From: Spongospora subterranea f. sp. subterranea
Taxonomy: Eukaryota
Assembly: GCA_049724395.1 (NCBI GenBank)
Contig: JAUGWO010000042.1
Coordinates: 248,001 to 312,000, forward strand
Reading direction: 5' to 3'
DNA length: 64,000 nucleotides
Position numbers and translations under genes: made by a program. Each line of letters starts with the position of its first letter. Position 1 is the first letter of the stretch. Of the stretch, positions 62,101 through 64,000 are shown piece by piece. The notes beneath the pieces were generated by a model, which saw only the letters and a program-made list of their open reading frames with translations, was not told where the DNA came from and did not search any database.

Positions 62101-62900
62101 ATCAGCACCATCATCGACAGCCGTTCGAGAACTCAGAAATCAGTTCGCGTATTTGAACCAAAATTTTTAAAATTCTTGATCTAGGCTTTGCGATCAGTTG
62201 ATTACTTTCTGATTTCTTCGGTTCATCTTGATCAGACTGAAGAATTATATTTTGGTCTAGCTGAGGAACGTTCCAAATATCATCGATGGGTAAATTGGAA
62301 TGCACGCGAGTAATTCGAGGCTTTTCGTCCTTGATAAAAGTTCTGACTTCTGGTTGTTTCGGAGAGAAATGAACCGATGGTGTATTTCTCTGTGACACTG
62401 ATCTGTCAGAACCACGGAAACTGGAAGTGCTTCTCGAATCGTTAGTCTTGTTGAACCTCCGTTGCCGTTTTTCCGACAATAGACGAGTGGCGCGATCCGT
62501 AGAGCAGGTAGGACACTGGCGAACATGATGTGGACCTGAACTTTGCAAGCATGTGAGTGACCGCATTGACATAGAGGAAATTTCTTCGTATTTTGGCAGA
62601 TCAGCAGCACCGTTACTATTGCTCTTATAAAACTGTCGGACACTTGTTACTGTTTCAAGTAAGAACTTGTAAAATAATTTCAGGTTAATCCGACATTCGA
62701 TTCTGTCTAAAGATAGTCGATTCAGGATCGACTCACGAAGGTTCTTTGGATGGACAGCATTCACAATGGCGAAGACTTGTTTACGCGTTAAATCATCATG
62801 TTGAGAAAATAATTCAGTTAAGCCATTCGCTGTGATAATTTTGACGACTCTGCGCGAAAATTTCGTGGACACTGAGAGCTGAGTCCTCGTAAACATTGAA
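59180..62900 (-). mobile_element. Degenerate, internally rearranged Ty3/Gypsy LTR retrotransposon (gag, PR, RT, RNase H, IN fragments)
   Basis: gag-like ORF 62111..62896 (-); protease-like VDDGADFTIV (~62095-62120, -); RT pieces SSWASPAFCV, FSTLDAFKVFWQI, RLPQGNLNS and LTWVDDLL (-); RNase H VFTDA...FHIFTDDMNL and integrase zinc finger AHCGSAGHRG...FVKQC on the + strand (59574-60662); integrase core LVIRDRFS...WVSDQETHF (-, 59221-59421). Many stops and frameshifts. Confidence 0.9.
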
Positions 62901-63100
62901 TCTTAACTCTGAAAACAGATGTGCGCTATCTACACAGGCGGCTATGCTTTTTGAGATGGCCTAAAAGGTCTTCGTCTGAAATTGATGTAAGTTCAGATTC
63001 CTTCCTGTCCAAGTCGAACACAACTATAATGTATAAAAGCGAAACTTCGATTGAGTCTTTTACTGAAACAGAGAGAACGATACATCCTTCTGATGGACAT

Positions 63101-63403
63101 TTAGACGATCAACATCGTTCTTATATCGATCCCATTCGGTCCCAAATGTGATAATTGAGTGCTGTCATATTGGTCCAGGAACGGTGGCTTAGTTACTGAT
63201 ACATTGAATGTCTCCATGGGTAAAATGTAAACCGATGGATTTGATTGGAGTAAGTTGAGTTTGTCCCGACAGTCGCGGGTCCAATGTTCAACCTTTCCAC
63301 AAGCGTAACATTTGCCCTTGGGTCTTCGATTACCCTTGTGCTGGCCTAATGGGTTTCTGGACTCCTTCGCCGGTAAGCCACTATCTCGGGTTAGCCGGGA
63401 CAA
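63101..63403 (-). mobile_element. Retroelement gag fragment with CCHC zinc knuckle
   Basis: KCYACGKVEHWTRDC matches CX2CX4HX4C. Confidence 0.7.
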
Positions 63404-64000
63404 TCCTCACCAATCGTTGACGTCACCGAGTCTCGACACGCTGGCCTCGAGGCGCTCAGAGAAGCCGAGACGACCGACACCACCGTCCCAATTCAACAGG
63501 TTGTTGGCCCAGATACGCCGCAGGCATCGGCGTTTCGTGGGACGAAGCTGAATGACCCAGCTCGAGTTCCAGTTCACAGCACACCTGCGGCAGTTCAACC
63601 TGCAAAACGCCCTGGTGGGCAAGACGTCGGCGGCAGTTGAAACTGCCTGCTTCTCGATCCTGATCCAAGCACTCTTAGAGGGGAGGCTCTCAGAGAAGCC
63701 GAGACGACCGATACCACCGTCCCAATTCAACATGTCGCAATACCGGAGACGTTGGGATTCGTCGTCGACAACAGCGGATCGAGACCTGATCCCGGCGATA
63801 TCTCGACGATCATGGGGATGCGACCTCCAGAGAGCGTCGACGATGTGAGGGCGCTCCTGGTCCTCGCGGGATTTTACCGGCGATACATTTCAGATTTCTC
63901 ATCAATAGCACAGCCGCTTAATCTTTTGCTATGCAAGGGACCACAGTTTTAGTGGGGAGTCGAACAACGAGAAGTTTGGTCGACACTGAGAACCGCGATA
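63400..64000 (+). mobile_element. GC-richer Ty3/Gypsy pol fragment (RT thumb / RNase H connection), running off the right edge
   Basis: LGFVVDNSGSRPDP...PPESVDDVRALLVLAGFYRRYISDFSSIAQPLNLLLCKGPQF*WG fits the Gypsy RT C-terminus, with an in-frame stop. A 49-bp direct repeat lies at 63450 and 63684. Confidence 0.8.

Overview
Gene-dense eukaryotic (protist-like) genomic DNA with many short (~50-60 nt) GT-AG introns, so the ORF track fragments most genes. The compactness and an HCF101-type ATPase with no evident plastid presequence fit a SAR-group protist such as a plasmodiophorid, but that is inference only. From left to right: a giant, signal-peptide-bearing, acidic tandem-repeat protein that runs off the left edge (1-6674, -); CDC20; a CHMP1/Did2-like ESCRT-III gene; a spliced homeobox gene not visible in the ORF track; two orphan genes; importin beta-1; a ~6.3 kb TPR gene; ZW10; RMND5/Gid2; a CDK11-like kinase; a small tail-anchored protein; BUB2; HCF101-type Mrp/NBP35 ATPase; RNase H2 subunit B; crooked neck (CRNKL1/Clf1); a PIF/Harbinger transposase relic; and two tandem paralogues of a large receptor-like protein (signal peptide, LamG-like, EGF, Cys-rich repeats, multi-pass TM domain). 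From ~56.8 kb the window is repeat-rich: a 122-bp MITE-like element, a ~450-bp diverged palindrome, and rearranged Ty3/Gypsy remnants. No rRNA, tRNA or CRISPR array was recognised. Several single-base frameshifts in homopolymer runs suggest assembly errors. The best candidates for new biology are the secreted repeat protein and the receptor-like gene pair. Exon boundaries were read by eye and are approximate unless stated otherwise.
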